Assembly: GCA_050230475.1 (NCBI GenBank)
Contig: JBFLGF010000153.1
Location: forward strand, 1 to 64,000
Direction of reading: 5' to 3'
Length of the DNA: 64,000 nt
From: Ancylonema sp.
Taxonomy: Eukaryota
Below are positions 39,017 to 51,095 of this stretch, piece after piece; within the stretch, counting starts at the first letter, position 1, and every line of letters starts with the position of its first letter. The notes beneath the pieces are model-generated. The model was not told the DNA's origin, did no database searches, and saw only the letters and a list, made by a program, of their open reading frames with translations. The position numbers and the translations under genes were made by a program.

Positions 39017-40542
39017 CTATTCGGATGGCAGGCTGGTGGGGATGGCAGGTTGCGCAGTAGTGGGGAAGCCCTGCCGCTCGAGCACAGCCATCACTTTCGC
39101 TATGGAGGGCGGCTTGAGGCCCAGCGGGAGGGGCTGGGAGGGGTTGGCTAGAGCCTCACTTATCGCCACATCCAAAATGTATTTGGACTGAAACCAGTAC
39201 AGCACAAGTAGGAGAAGCTGTGAGTGGAAGGTTGTGGAGAATCGATACTCTGCAAGCACTGCCTTGTGCATTGGGTCCGGGGGATGAGCATTCAATTGCG
39301 AATGAGTCACGAGTGTCGTACCTCGTCGTACTCCAACGCAAACGGCCCCTCACAGTCGATGAGCAGATCCAAATCATCCGGTAGCCCCGCACACAGCTGC
39401 GCCATGGTCTCCGGGTCGAAGCAGTTGTCAAGCTGGCTGGCAGGAGCCATGCGATGGGGTACCGTGGTTGGTGGGGGGTAGGGGGGGGGGCCAGGAGCAG
39501 GCCACATGTTCATTGGGGGCTGCACTGGGAAGGGCCACAGAATGCCGTCTGGGCCGTACCAGGCGGGGGGCGGGTGCTGCTGCCACATGTGCGGAGGGGG
39601 TCGGTCCACGCTGGGGTGGCCCCACACATGCAAAGGCATGCCCACGGAGGGAGGGGGCGGAGGGAGGGTGGAGGGGTGGGGGGGAGGTGGGTACGGTTGC
39701 AGGGGGGGCAACCCCATACTGGGTCGCAATTGGATGTGGGGGGGCGCCCAGCAAGTCGCATCCCTCCCCATGTTGGAGTAGGCAGGGTCCATGGGTCTGC
39801 GCTGGTGCCACGTGGCAGCTTCGGCCTCGCGAGACAACAGGTGGCGCCGATGCGAACGGTATTTCTGCGCAGTGGTGAGGTGGCTCAGCAAGAAGATTGC
39901 ATGACAGTCTCGGGCAGGCAGTGAGATGGAGTCCCTGCTGCCTTACCTGCAAATGGCTGGCGATGTTGTGTCTTGTGAGGCAGTGCACCCCCATCATATT
40001 CAGGATCCGCGAGGGGATGGCTATTTCCACGCCCAGCTGCTCTACAGCAGCCACAAATTTACGGTGGAGCTCAGGCGTCCAGTCGACCTGTCAGGAGAGA
40101 GGGACGCAATCAGCTCACATCTTCCAAGGAGAAATACGAAGTGCGAGCCACTGATTTCTCCGGTTAAACGTGCAAAAGCCGTCCAGAATGATTGTCAGTG
40201 ATCCGGTATTCAATCCAGCAGCAGCCATCGGTAGACAGCCGTCACTAATACGAGACAGATGAACGCCATCGCAGAGACATCTATTAGGCGTTCGAAAGGT
40301 ATCCAGAAGTATTGTATCACCTTCACTTTTCGCCTGCTCTGAGGAACTGATTTCTTCCCTTTCGCGCCCTCACTTTCTTCCCCGTCGATCGTGCTGTGAG
40401 CTTCTGACGCTTTGCCTCCGCCACTTGCGCCCTCCTGTACTTCCACCTTCACACCCATCAGCGCTGCCATCCCAAGGTCATTCAGGGCCTCAGAATCGTG
40501 GACCTCGCCGCCATGGTCCGAAAAATCACTCCAGAACTTCAT
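39017..40542 (-). CDS. GLK: Golden2-like (GLK) GARP transcription factor (start uncertain)
   Basis: Myb-like GARP domain [58 protein letters not shown]. Also the SREAEAATW motif, PLHVWGHP, and the C-terminal GCT box [33 protein letters not shown]. Confidence 0.92.
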
Positions 40543-40809
40543 TCGTACGACCTATTCAGAGGTATTCCACCACATCGTCTAACCTTCATCAGTCGGTTGG
40601 GTCTACTTATAAGATATGCTCTGATTCAACACTGAATTTCCTCAGGCAGTAGACTGTCTTCATGAGCCTGGACGGCCTGGAAAGTCATGTCGTCTCTCAT
40701 ACTTGAGAGTTTTTTTCCAAAACGGTTCGGTTGTCACAATTTTGATGACTCGGCTCACATCCGACTTGCACATCGAGTTTTCCGCGTTGCGAGTTAATTC
40801 CTGCCTGGT

Positions 40810-41730
40810 TGGGTAGGATCCCAACCGCATAGAACCGATCGGGTGGGCTGGGACCCAGCCCCCTACCCAGCCCCGCCCAGCCCCGTCCGCGGGTGAGGGA
40901 GGCCACCTGCGGTAGGTAGGATGTGTATCGGGTCACACAAAATTGGTCGTCTCGCACCGGTAGTCAACAAATGTTCGTTATAAGCACACCTTTGGGACAC
41001 GGAATTTTTTGGGCTGCAATGCATACGTGTTTGTATATAATAGAATATGATGACGTAACTAAGAAATACATGTTGTAGTCAACAAAAATCCGATTCCCAA
41101 AGGCGTGCTTTTATCGAATATTTGTAAGACTACCGATGCGAGACGACCATCTTTGAAACCTTACCCGCCCGATTCATTCCCGCCCACCCGCGGGTGGACC
41201 CTCCCCCAGCCGCATTTGCCCCCCCCCACCAGCGGCTGGACCCCACCCCACCCGCAGGTGGCCACCCGATTTTGATTTTTCGTCGGAGTGTGGGTGGGCG
41301 GGTTGCCCAACCCTACTCCCGTACTTCCCTACTCTCGTGTCGTAAAATATTCATATTTGTTGTGTGCATATAACACGTGCCACTAGGTAGCATCCGTCGT
41401 AGGATGCCCCAAAGACGATTGGGAACGTCTGCTGTTGTACGGCAGCGGTACCGCATTGTCCTCGCCTCTATAAAGGTGATCAAGTCAAGACAAGAATGAA
41501 GATGTTTCCCTCGATGCCAAAACCGGATTGAAGTAGTTGTGACGGTGACCATGAGTTGGCTTGTCTCGATGCGTTTGTTATCATGGCAACAACACTTGCA
41601 TGATGGGTTGTGCCCCCCCTGCATGAAACGAATCGGGTGGGGGTGGACGGGCGGCCCCCCCCCGACACCCCTCTTCCCCCCCGCGGATGGTGGGGCTATA
41701 CCCGCGGCTAGGAGGTCGCCAACCGCAGCT
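40810..41730. repeat. GC-rich dispersed repeat family (CCCACCCGC / CCGCGGATGGGG / GGGTTGCCC.ACCCT motifs)
   Basis: Related motifs recur at ~40810-40915, 41160-41315, 41605-41730, 45435-45580, 48530-48720 and 54335-54525. Probably non-autonomous DNA-transposon remnants. Confidence 0.45.
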
Positions 41731-42539
41731 GGGAAAGGGCCCATCCACGAACATAGTGCCGTAAGTGGCGGAGTAATCATGACGTGCTTCAATAATTCAG
41801 GCCTTCGTTTGCTAGTCGAAACTTGATTACAAATACGTCCGTCCGGGCACGTACCAAATTGTAATGATATAGAAAAGACCCACGCACGTGCAAAACATGG
41901 TTTGAGGACGCAAATACTCGCACCATTCACCGTGTAGGCTAATTCACTCATCCCCCCATAAATCACCATATAGACACACGATCGTTTACTGTCCGAGATA
42001 ATCAATAAAAACACGTTATAGAAAACGAAAATCTGATTCCCGAGAGTGTCAATTGCATTGCAACAGTCGCTAGCACATGCCATACATGCTAGAACCCCCC
42101 GTCTAAAGCAATCCATGGCCTCGGTACCTCCCCCCCTACCACGTGCTCCACTTTCATCATCCGAGTTGCATATTGTTGCTAGAATTTTCGAGTAAAATCG
42201 GCTCACACATTTTCCAGATTTAGGATATGAAATTGATATATGTTCAGGTTTGGGGGATTGAAGGGATGGGTTGATGGTATTCAGGGTTGCGTCCGAGATC
42301 TGGGCTTTGCGAGTGAGGGTGAAAAGGGGATTTAGAGTGGCTAAGAAGAGGGCTGTTACTGGGTGTTGTGGTGTGGGGGAGGTGAGGGGGGGGGGTCAGT
42401 AGAGGAGGGACAAAGAGGGATGGGGACGTGGGGAGGGAATGAAGAGGGAGAGATGTAGGTTAGGGATTATAGGTATGTAGTCTAGGCGGCGGGAGAGGGT
42501 GTTTGGTTAACCACTGCTTGCGCCTGTCGTACTACATAG

Positions 42540-42715
42540 CATTGTGTCTCTCTCTCTTGTGCAATACCATCGATATAACGAAAATCACCGCCAGGTGTCT
42601 CTCACACGTGCGAAATATCCGACATATCGATTCCTCTACACACGTGTCCGCTCACACGTGGAGCCTGATCAAGTCCAGATCCGCATTCCCACACGCGCGA
42701 TACAACCAATAGCAT
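42540..42715. repeat. CACGTG-rich dispersed repeat (inverted relative to 47955-48125 and 53760-53930)
   Basis: TCCTCTACA.ACGTGTCCGCTCACACGTG...ATCCGCATTC.CACAC aligns by eye with the reverse complement of 47955-48125. Confidence 0.7.
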
Positions 42716-43637
42716 GCCGCTCCATGACATAGTGCAAAATATGATTTACTTCAAAAATGCGGGGATCACTATCGTTACCAAAGGTCAAGTCAGACGACAG
42801 TGCGCATTCCGAAGACGAGCGTAAAATGTTAGCCAGATAAAAGCAATGTGGGTGGAAGCTTGACTATTTCCGAGGCACACTCTGAACCGATGAGGTCAAA
42901 GCAACAAATTTACAAAAGGTGTAGTCATCACCCGTAACTAGGATTTAAGATCGCTGCGGTCTTTGAGATCGGTACTAGTGATAATTGTCATCATGCTTAA
43001 GAATATCGGATTTTAAATATATATTTTTGACAATTTGACATTCATAAGACCAAGTTTTGTGCTCAATAATAATGGGTGTTGGGTTATTGACGTGATCGAA
43101 ATATATAGGTAGTGACAAATCATAGTTGACAAACCAACATCTATTTGCATCTCGAGACATTCTTACTTGTGGTGATCAGGACATCGTGAACATGAGGTCC
43201 AACAAATGAGTGGTATTTTGGCCATATGCGATGGATGAATGATTTCGCAATCTACATTCAGTACAAAATGTGAGTTGTGATAATGTGCTATATACATAAA
43301 TGCTAGTTTGTGCCAAGGAGTGCTCACATTTCCATGGATGTGCACGTCACTCGTATCTCGAGTCTTAGATAAAGTATTCATGAGCTCGTTTGTGACAACG
43401 CAAAGTAAACCCTGTGTGTTTCTTGGTCCTCTACCACGCTTTCAGTATTCCACCTATTGTCCATACAACGTGTCCCCATAACCACACAAGATCCCATATA
43501 TGTAATCGACTGTGTCAAAGTGTCATGCTACCATTATCAAGTGCATTTAGAGGACTAAAGGCAGGAAGTCATCACATGCCGATGTATTGAAGTGAAGTAT
43601 TGTGAATACTCGATGGGAAGGGGACTGTGATCACATT

Positions 43638-45256
43638 TTAGAAAATCTCGTCGTCTGGAACATCTGGTGTTAGAAATTTGCGAGGGTTTCGATCTGCTTC
43701 TAGAAACTCGCTCTTCTGCTTCACTCTCTCAGGTACGGGAAGCAAAGCAATGATGGTGTCCTTGTCGATGACGCCGTCGATCAATCCATACTCAAGAGCC
43801 TCCACTGGCGACATGTATCGATCGCGGTCAATGTCTTTCTCAACCTGCTCATAAGTCTGACCCGTGCACTCTGAGAGCAACCGGGTGATGTTGCTCTTGT
43901 GGTACATGATTTCCTTGGCCTGGATCTCCACATCAATGGCCTGCCCACTGGCGCCCCCCATAGGCTGATGCACCATGATTCGCGCATTCGGCATTGCCAG
44001 GCGGCGGCCGCGTGACCCTCCTGCTAACACAACAGCTGCAGTGGAAGCCGCAAGCCCAAAGGCGATGGTGGAGACTGGTGCTCGGCACAGCTGCATAGCG
44101 TCGTAGATGGCCATTGTAGAGCTGCACAGGCAACGTGAACAGCACCCCCAGGTGGTCATGACCGGAAGCAATTGCTGAGCATGAAGCCGGACTGTGAAAT
44201 CGGGAGAAGGTGAGCAACCTGATGGAGCCCCCGGGGCAGTTAACAAAAAGTCTGATTTCCTTGGTCTCGTCTTGGGCGTCCAGTAGCAGCAATTGACTGA
44301 CCACGGCATCTGCGACGTAGTCGTCCATCTGGCTGCCAAGGAAAACGATTCGCTGGCGTAGCAGTAGACCCATGACGTCAGCGTCAGCAGGACGCTGGGC
44401 TTGAGCAGGAGCCTGTCCAGCGAAAGGGCCGCCATACTGATACTGTTTCCAGCCCCAAAAAACATTATGACTCAGTCTGGGGGAGTGCGATAAGACTCCG
44501 TGACAATTTGTAAAGTCCAGACAAACTCTTCGTAATGTACGCTGACAATATAATAGCAATCACACTGAACTCTCGCGCCACAAGGTATCAAAAGCAGCAG
44601 CTCAGTACTTTCCGCGAGTCTCAAACCTCAAGCTGGAAATGTGCATGCAGGGTACATGCTTCTCATCGAGGCACTCCCATCATTTTGACAAGGGGGAGAT
44701 ATTTAAATATTCACAATCTTCTTCCAATGTTTTTCATACGTCTCTGCCTCACCTCACTGAAGATTTCTCTTGTCTTGGCTTCCGTCACCAAGCGGCTCGA
44801 ATCTCTTCGACACTGCAGTTGCTCCACAGGCCCTCTTGGACTGAATAATGCTACAAAAGACGACATAGGTAAATAAGCGTGAGCTGCGGCTGTGTTTGGA
44901 TCTCATTAGCACCGATATTTAGTTGCTTCTTCTCTCCATACGGTTACGTACGTACGATTTTATACATAGACAACGGAACATTATTTTACAAATTCAAAGC
45001 AGCCATGATGTCGGGGAGACAAGGAGAATTGCAGCTTCCGTAAGAAACATGAAGATTGCTCTCGGCTAAAGTAGAATTGCAGCAGATCTGGATTGAAGTG
45101 ATCCGTGCTATGTACAGCCGAGACTCGCTCGCTGTGCTTCAGCTCACCTGCGTTTCCTAAGAATGTATTCGTACTTGTCCTGTTCAAGGGGTTTGACCTA
45201 TTTATCAAGGCAGTACAACCTGCCTGAGCTCCCAACTGTACACTGATGCCGGACAT
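43638..45256 (-). CDS. CLPP4: Plastid Clp protease proteolytic subunit ClpP4, with PDH-E2-derived N-terminal exons (~304 aa)
   Basis: Exons 45256-45148, 44850-44753, 44442-44219 and 44121-43638 join in frame. Motifs [53 protein letters not shown] and KFLTPDVPDDEIF* are ClpP4-type, with the Ser-His-Asp triad intact. Confidence 0.92.
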
Positions 45257-46354
45257 ATCTGTTACAGAGACTGTATTGCAATAAGGCAACTTCAGATTGC
45301 AACCGAGGAAGAGTCGATCTCAGAGGTAATGTGCACTCTTGAGCCCTCTCTGAGCCCTTTCGTCCGTGACGGAGTTGAGGACGTGTTGCTGAGAGGGTCG
45401 GAAGGCAGTGGCATTTGGCTAAGTCTGTTGGGGGCAACTAGGGTTGTGCCCCACCCGCAAAAACGAATTGGATTCGGGTGGGCATATGCCCCCCTTCCGG
45501 AAAACTCGAATTGCGGTAGGAGCCAAACAGCGGTAAGGGAATCCAGTCGCGGCTGGAAATACCAGCCGCGACTGGGCAGGTACAAATCAAGGTTGCCGAG
45601 GAACAGCAAATTTGCGATGTAGACATAATCGTTACAAGCTCGTCATAGGAGCATACCACGTTATTGGCACCAAAATGCCCCCCTACCAAATCGTCTGCGT
45701 TATAGACATCACGTTATATGCATAATAAAAAGGTCGATTCTGTACCTAGACCGCAATATGATGTCATAACAAATGCTGACTGGAAACTGGGGGAAAAATC
45801 GATGCACGTCATAAATTTAGTTTTTTTCATGAAAGTGGTCGTACGGAATTTATCTTCATTCACGCACCAATCGGCCAATACCGTACCGGCAAGATTTCAT
45901 CACCCACTTTTTAATTTTCGATCATATTTCGCCACTCTACACCCCCACCCGTTTACGATTAATTTCAATCCCCCCACTCACCGGTAGATGAGAAGCCCTG
46001 ACAAACCGTAGAAATCTTGTTGAGTCCAACACTGATTGAAATAAAAACAGTGGGTTGTGGGTAAGAAAATAATTATTTCTATCGGGTTTTGGGGTTTTGA
46101 AGTGGTGTAAAGTGGTTACAAATGGGGGGATAGTTAAAATCAAGATGCGGTTTATGCTAGGGCTTCCAGCTGGCGATAAGGCGTTGGCGCTAGTATTAGA
46201 CCATGACGTGGTCAAGTATTCCGACATGTACGTACCGAACCCGCTACAACAATGAAATCTACGTTATATCGCTGTACAACACACACCACTCTACCACAAC
46301 ACCGACAACAAAAATGCCATATGCCATTTCATCGTGGCGGCAATATTTCCTCCA

Positions 46355-47055
46355 CCACTACTTTTTTCGAATTATTTTACACATCTCCCCAGCTTCTACC
46401 CCCACCCGTTTTCAATTAAGTTTGACCCCCGAACCGCCAGTTTCAAATTAATTTCAGGTACCCACACCCCCACTCCCATCCCAAACCCGACACTATCTAA
46501 GCCGTGTCCCATCCCCATCGTGTCAAGTCCATACCGTACCGTACGGTATACGATCGAGTGCCTCGATGGGAGTTGTGCGGTAGAGCGGTGCATGTTGTTT
46601 TGCGATATAGCATGCATATTATTGTATTGTTGTAGCGGGTTCAGTACGCACGTGTCGGAATACTTGGACATGTGCGGTATGAGGCTAGCACCAACGCCTT
46701 TCTCCCAGCGGGCAGCCTTGACATAAAACATCACTTCAATTTTTGCTAACCTCCCACTTTAAGCCCCTAGATACAAACAAAAATGATTATTTTGCGTACC
46801 CCCACACTCGCGATTTGGAATTTATTGGCGGTAAGATGAAATCTTGCCGATTTAGTAGGAATGCGATCATACACATTATAAACTGACACTGTAGGAATGG
46901 GACACGGCTGGGATGGGGCGGGGTTGCGATGGGAGTGGGGGTGCGGGTACCCGAAAATAGATTGAACTTGGTGGGTTGAGGGATCGAAATTAATTGAAAA
47001 CGGATGGGGGTAAGGAGTGGGGGGATGCGTAAAATATTTCGAAAAACAAGTGGGG
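46355..47055. repeat. Foldback structure: ~160-bp imperfect inverted arms (46355-46515 / 46895-47055); also at +5795
   Basis: GGTACCCACACCCCCACTCCCATC...AGCCGTGTCCCAT vs ATGGGACACGGCT...GATGGGAGTGGGGGTGCGGGTACC, and CCGTTTTCAATTAA vs TTAATTGAAAACGG. Confidence 0.7.
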
Positions 47056-47514
47056 GTTTCTTAGGTGTCGGTCCATATATGATCGTGCGCCTATAGGGCA
47101 GCATGGCAATCAAGTGCTCCTAAGAGCCGACGCGCGCACTAGGGGAGTGCATGTAGTTTCGCGATATAGCGCAGGGCAATGTTGTATTCGCATTTGCCCC
47201 GTAGGGAAAATGAATCATCGCGGAGCAATAGAGTTCCATGCGAGGAAACTCGAGTAATATCACACAATTATAAACAACCTTCGTGATTCGTCAATATTAG
47301 GAGGCGGTGCATTGTGACGCACGCGCGCGCACTCGACACTATAATGACTCAATTCTTGGTTGATACGTAATCGTGCGAGCACTAAACGACAAGTTAGTAT
47401 TGTTGTCGGTCCTTAGCCCTCTGTTGATGCTATGGACTAAATAAGCTAGTACCTTTGCAGTCTGACCTTTTTGTGTCAGAGTGTGCCTTGGATAGTTATA
47501 GTACTAATACTTGC

Positions 47515-47688
47515 CTTTGCATTAGCTTTGCATTAGCTTTGCATTAGCTTTGCATTAGCTTTGCATTAGCTTTGCATTAGCTTTGCATTAGCTTTGCATT
47601 AGCTTTGCATTAGCTTTGCATTAGCTTTGCATTAGCTTTGCATTAGCTTTGCATTAGCTTTGCATTAGCTTTGCATTAGCTTTGCATT
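47515..47688. repeat. 11-bp minisatellite (CTTTGCATTAG)x~16
   Basis: Perfect tandem array. Confidence 0.97.
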
Positions 47689-49451
47689 TTTCGATGTACT
47701 AGTAATCACATTTGTACACTAAAGACAATTCGATGAAGTAGCTAAACGTATCATTCCCTTCAGTTGCGGTAGTTACAACGATAACTCAAATTCATTCATC
47801 ACGCGTTGGGCACGTTACATCTAGGTCGTGATATTACCTTGTCGTGGGCAAACTTAGTGAAAGTTATTCGGCACGTGGTGTCGAGGAGCGACACGTCATG
47901 GGTGCTAGTGTGTGTGTGTTGGCGGTGGCCATTGGGGTAGCTTGATAAACGATAGATGCATCGCATGTGTGAGAATGCGGATGTTATCGTTACATTGTCA
48001 CACGTGTGAGCGGACACGTATGTAGAGGAGTCGCTGTATAGGGTAGTTCGCACGTGTGGTGGAAACGTGGCTGTTGTGTTCGTTAGATCGATGATATTAC
48101 ACGTGTGAGAGGGACACGATGGTAGATAGCATGAAACATGGTTTCTATGGTAAACCACTACGAAAGTTTGTAGCAGACAATATTCATTTAACCCCCGAAA
48201 ATCGATACCCCCAATCTAGCGTATCCATCGTACCCCCCCTCAAGCGGTTTTGAATATGTTAGTGGGAAACTAAGTTTTGCCAATACCTTGAGTTGAAATT
48301 GCAAAAATATGAATGAAAAAACCGTTCAGCGCCACGATAGACGAGGTTTCCGTTCTCTCGGAGCAAAATTTTGGATAACCCCATATACTGATACATCTGA
48401 CATCAAAGCCCCGACCAAACATGCCTGTAATGCATATACACGTCACAGACACATACATGTAGGCACACATATCTTGTGTACCGAAGGTGTGTGTGTGTGT
48501 GCCTACAACGAATACATACTGTACCTTAGCCACCCGATTCCCATCCGCCACCCCGCGGATGAACACTTTCATCATCAACCCCCGCCCACCCACGGACCCT
48601 ACACCACCGGCCTTGCTCCATCCGCGGATGGGGGGGGGGGCACCCGCGAAAGCCACTCGATTTGGATTTGACGTCAGAAATTGAGTGGCCATGCCCAGTC
48701 AGGGGGTTGCCCGACCCTTGGTACGTTATGCCCTAGTGGTCGCAAACCTTGGCACCACATCCCTCTTTATCTGGTAGAGGTAAAGCCCATTCTCGTTGTA
48801 GCCAACGTATTCATAGACATATTATGGTCATATCGTATCCGAAGGTTTGATCCCACACCCATTTACCATACAATTTATCTCGTGATAGTACCCCTAATAA
48901 AAAACAATTTGAAAAACTTCGCTCGCATTTGCTGATAAAAAACCACTATTGATCGCCTCTTCATGGGAGCGAAGATTGAAGTTTTCCGTTTTGTAGGCAC
49001 GTTGTTAAGTGGCGCAGCTCAAACACCTCTTTCTGCGGAACTTATAATTCACAAACATATACATATCAGTGGCACCAAGAACCTGAGAACCATCTATGGA
49101 AACGATCAAAGATGTCATAAAACGCACATGAGTGCCTAGAACGAGAAAAAATCACTGACCTAAGTAGTTCGCAAAATTTACTCGATGCCTTATCAAACCG
49201 AGTCAACCCCCCACTCATGAATACCGAAGGGCTGGACTAGGGTAATCAAGTGACGCAAAATAATTTGTCATTTTGGGGTTGGGAATTCGTGCTCAAATTT
49301 GGGGCGTCCTTGCTACCTATTACCGTATTAATGTGAGTGCAGTGCGGCAGGAGTCACACTTAGGCCTCGTATATTGTTCACTCCCAAAACTCAGCAAGCC
49401 ATTGATGATGAAACTTTGCAGCAGAAGGGAAAGGCTGGAGTGGATGGAAAA

Positions 49452-50238
49452 TACCTCGGAAAAAAGGGTGGGTATTTAAAAGGTTACGAAAGCCAAATTT
49501 GCAACGATGAGTCGTAACAAATACGATGATACACCGTTTTGTATACCATAGCTATCAAATATCCGGAAATATTGTATGTATGTATGTGCCAAATGCATGG
49601 GAGACGTACCAAATTGCATTCTAGGCCTGGCATGTGACCATATGTAGGGTTCGAAAGTCGTAGAGCGACTTAAATTCCCTACCAAATCTGCTTGTCTGCC
49701 ACCTCATGCACTTGCCTGATTCACAACCTGAGGCACACAAACAACATTTTATTAACACCACCATCAGCTTCTTTATGTGCTGAGAGTGGAGATACGACAT
49801 ATTCCAGAGGGATGTACGAAAAGAAGGATGCGAAATGCGAAACATCGGATGGATGCGAAACGTTTTTCTGAGTGCAACATTGTTGTGGTTCTCACAAAGT
49901 GTGAATAAATGCACAAATGCACAAATGCCGGACTTCTTTCAGCAAGTTCCCAGCAAGTTCCAGCGTCTCTCCTCCTTGTCAAGGCTCTCGACAGTCAAGC
50001 AGTTGGTCACACAAGACACCATGACCCACACCTAGTTGAACACTACTAGACTTCACCAAATGTGTTGGGTGGGACTTGGCAATCACCTTCTTAGTGAGCA
50101 GAACGAGTTGGGAGACAGGCACCCACTGGGGGGCGATGACTAATTTCTCAGCAGCAGCACCTCCTGAAGCTCCACCGGTTGCTAGCGCCCTGTCGAACAC
50201 AACCGCACTCTGCGCGTGCCCACATTGGTGTACTATCC
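49452..50238. repeat. ~790 bp duplicate of 58494-59278
   Basis: Identical ORF translations (49476..49685 vs 58517..58726 etc.). Joins the CLPP4 intron abruptly at TACTATCC|AAAACATT. Confidence 0.93.
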
Positions 50239-50532
50239 AAAACATTATGACTCAGTCTGGGGGAGTGCGATAAGACTCCGTGACAATTTGTAAAGTCCAG
50301 ACAAACTCTTCGTAATGTACGCTGACAATATAATAGCAATCACACTGAACTCTCGCGCCACAAGGTATCAAAAGCAGCAGCTCAGTACTTTCCGCGAGTC
50401 TCAAACCTCAAGCTGGAAATGTGCATGCAGGGTACATGCTTCTCATCGAGGCACTCCCATCATTTTGACAAGGGGGAGATATTTAAATATTCACAATCTT
50501 CTTCCAATGTTTTTCATACGTCTCTGCCTCAC

Positions 50533-51048
50533 CTCACTGAAGATTTCTCTTATCTTGGCTTCCGTCACCAAGCGGCTCGAATCTCTTCGACAATGCAGTT
50601 GCTCCACAGGACCTCTTGGACTGAATAATGCTACACGAATAAAGACGAGGGTAAATCAGTGTCAGCTGTGGCTGGTATTTGGATCTCATGAGCTCCGTTC
50701 GTTAGTAGCTTCTTGTCTCCATGATACGATTCTATGACTGACCAATTGGACATCGTTGACAACTTCAAAAGCAGCCATAGTGTCGGGGAGACGGCAGAAA
50801 TGCAGCTTCCGCAAAATGTTGCTCTCGGCTGAAGTAGGATTGCAGCAGATCTAGGCTTTGAGCTGATCCGTCCTGTGTACAGCTGGGACTCGCACGCTGT
50901 GCTTCAGCTCACCTGCATTCCCAAAGAAGGAACTCGTGCTTGTCCTGTTCAAGGTGTTTGACCCATTTGTCAAGGCGGTGCGACCTGCCTGAGCTCCCAA
51001 CTGAGGTACACTGTTCATCGTCCTTGGTACACTGATGATGCTGGACAT
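50533..51048 (-). pseudogene. Orphan transit-peptide exons (E2-copy-2 type exon 1 plus chimeric exon 2) with no downstream ClpP exons
   Basis: Exon 51048-50913 reads MSSIISVPRTMNSVPQLGAQAGRTALTNGSNTLNRTSTSSFFGNA. Exon 50630-50533 ends ...VTEAKIREIFSE|gtgag. The following CLPP4 intron is cut at 50239. Confidence 0.75.
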
Positions 51049-51095
51049 ATCTGTTACTCAGTAGACTGTATTGCAAGAAGTCAGCTTCAGGATGG

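Larger units (their letters stand above)
45301..49367. repeat. ~4.07 kb direct duplication, copy A (upstream region of CLPP4)
   Basis: ORF translations identical to 51096-55173. Offset is 5795 before and 5806 after the minisatellite. Confidence 0.95.

Noticed and set aside
44560..44635. Extra exon between the E2-derived exon and the ClpP4 exon
   Set aside because: The obvious acceptor gives an immediate stop in phase 0, and direct 44753-to-44442 splicing is already in frame.
47515..47688. CRISPR-like array or telomere repeat
   Set aside because: Contiguous 11-bp units with no spacers, no cas genes and eukaryotic context. Not a known telomere motif.
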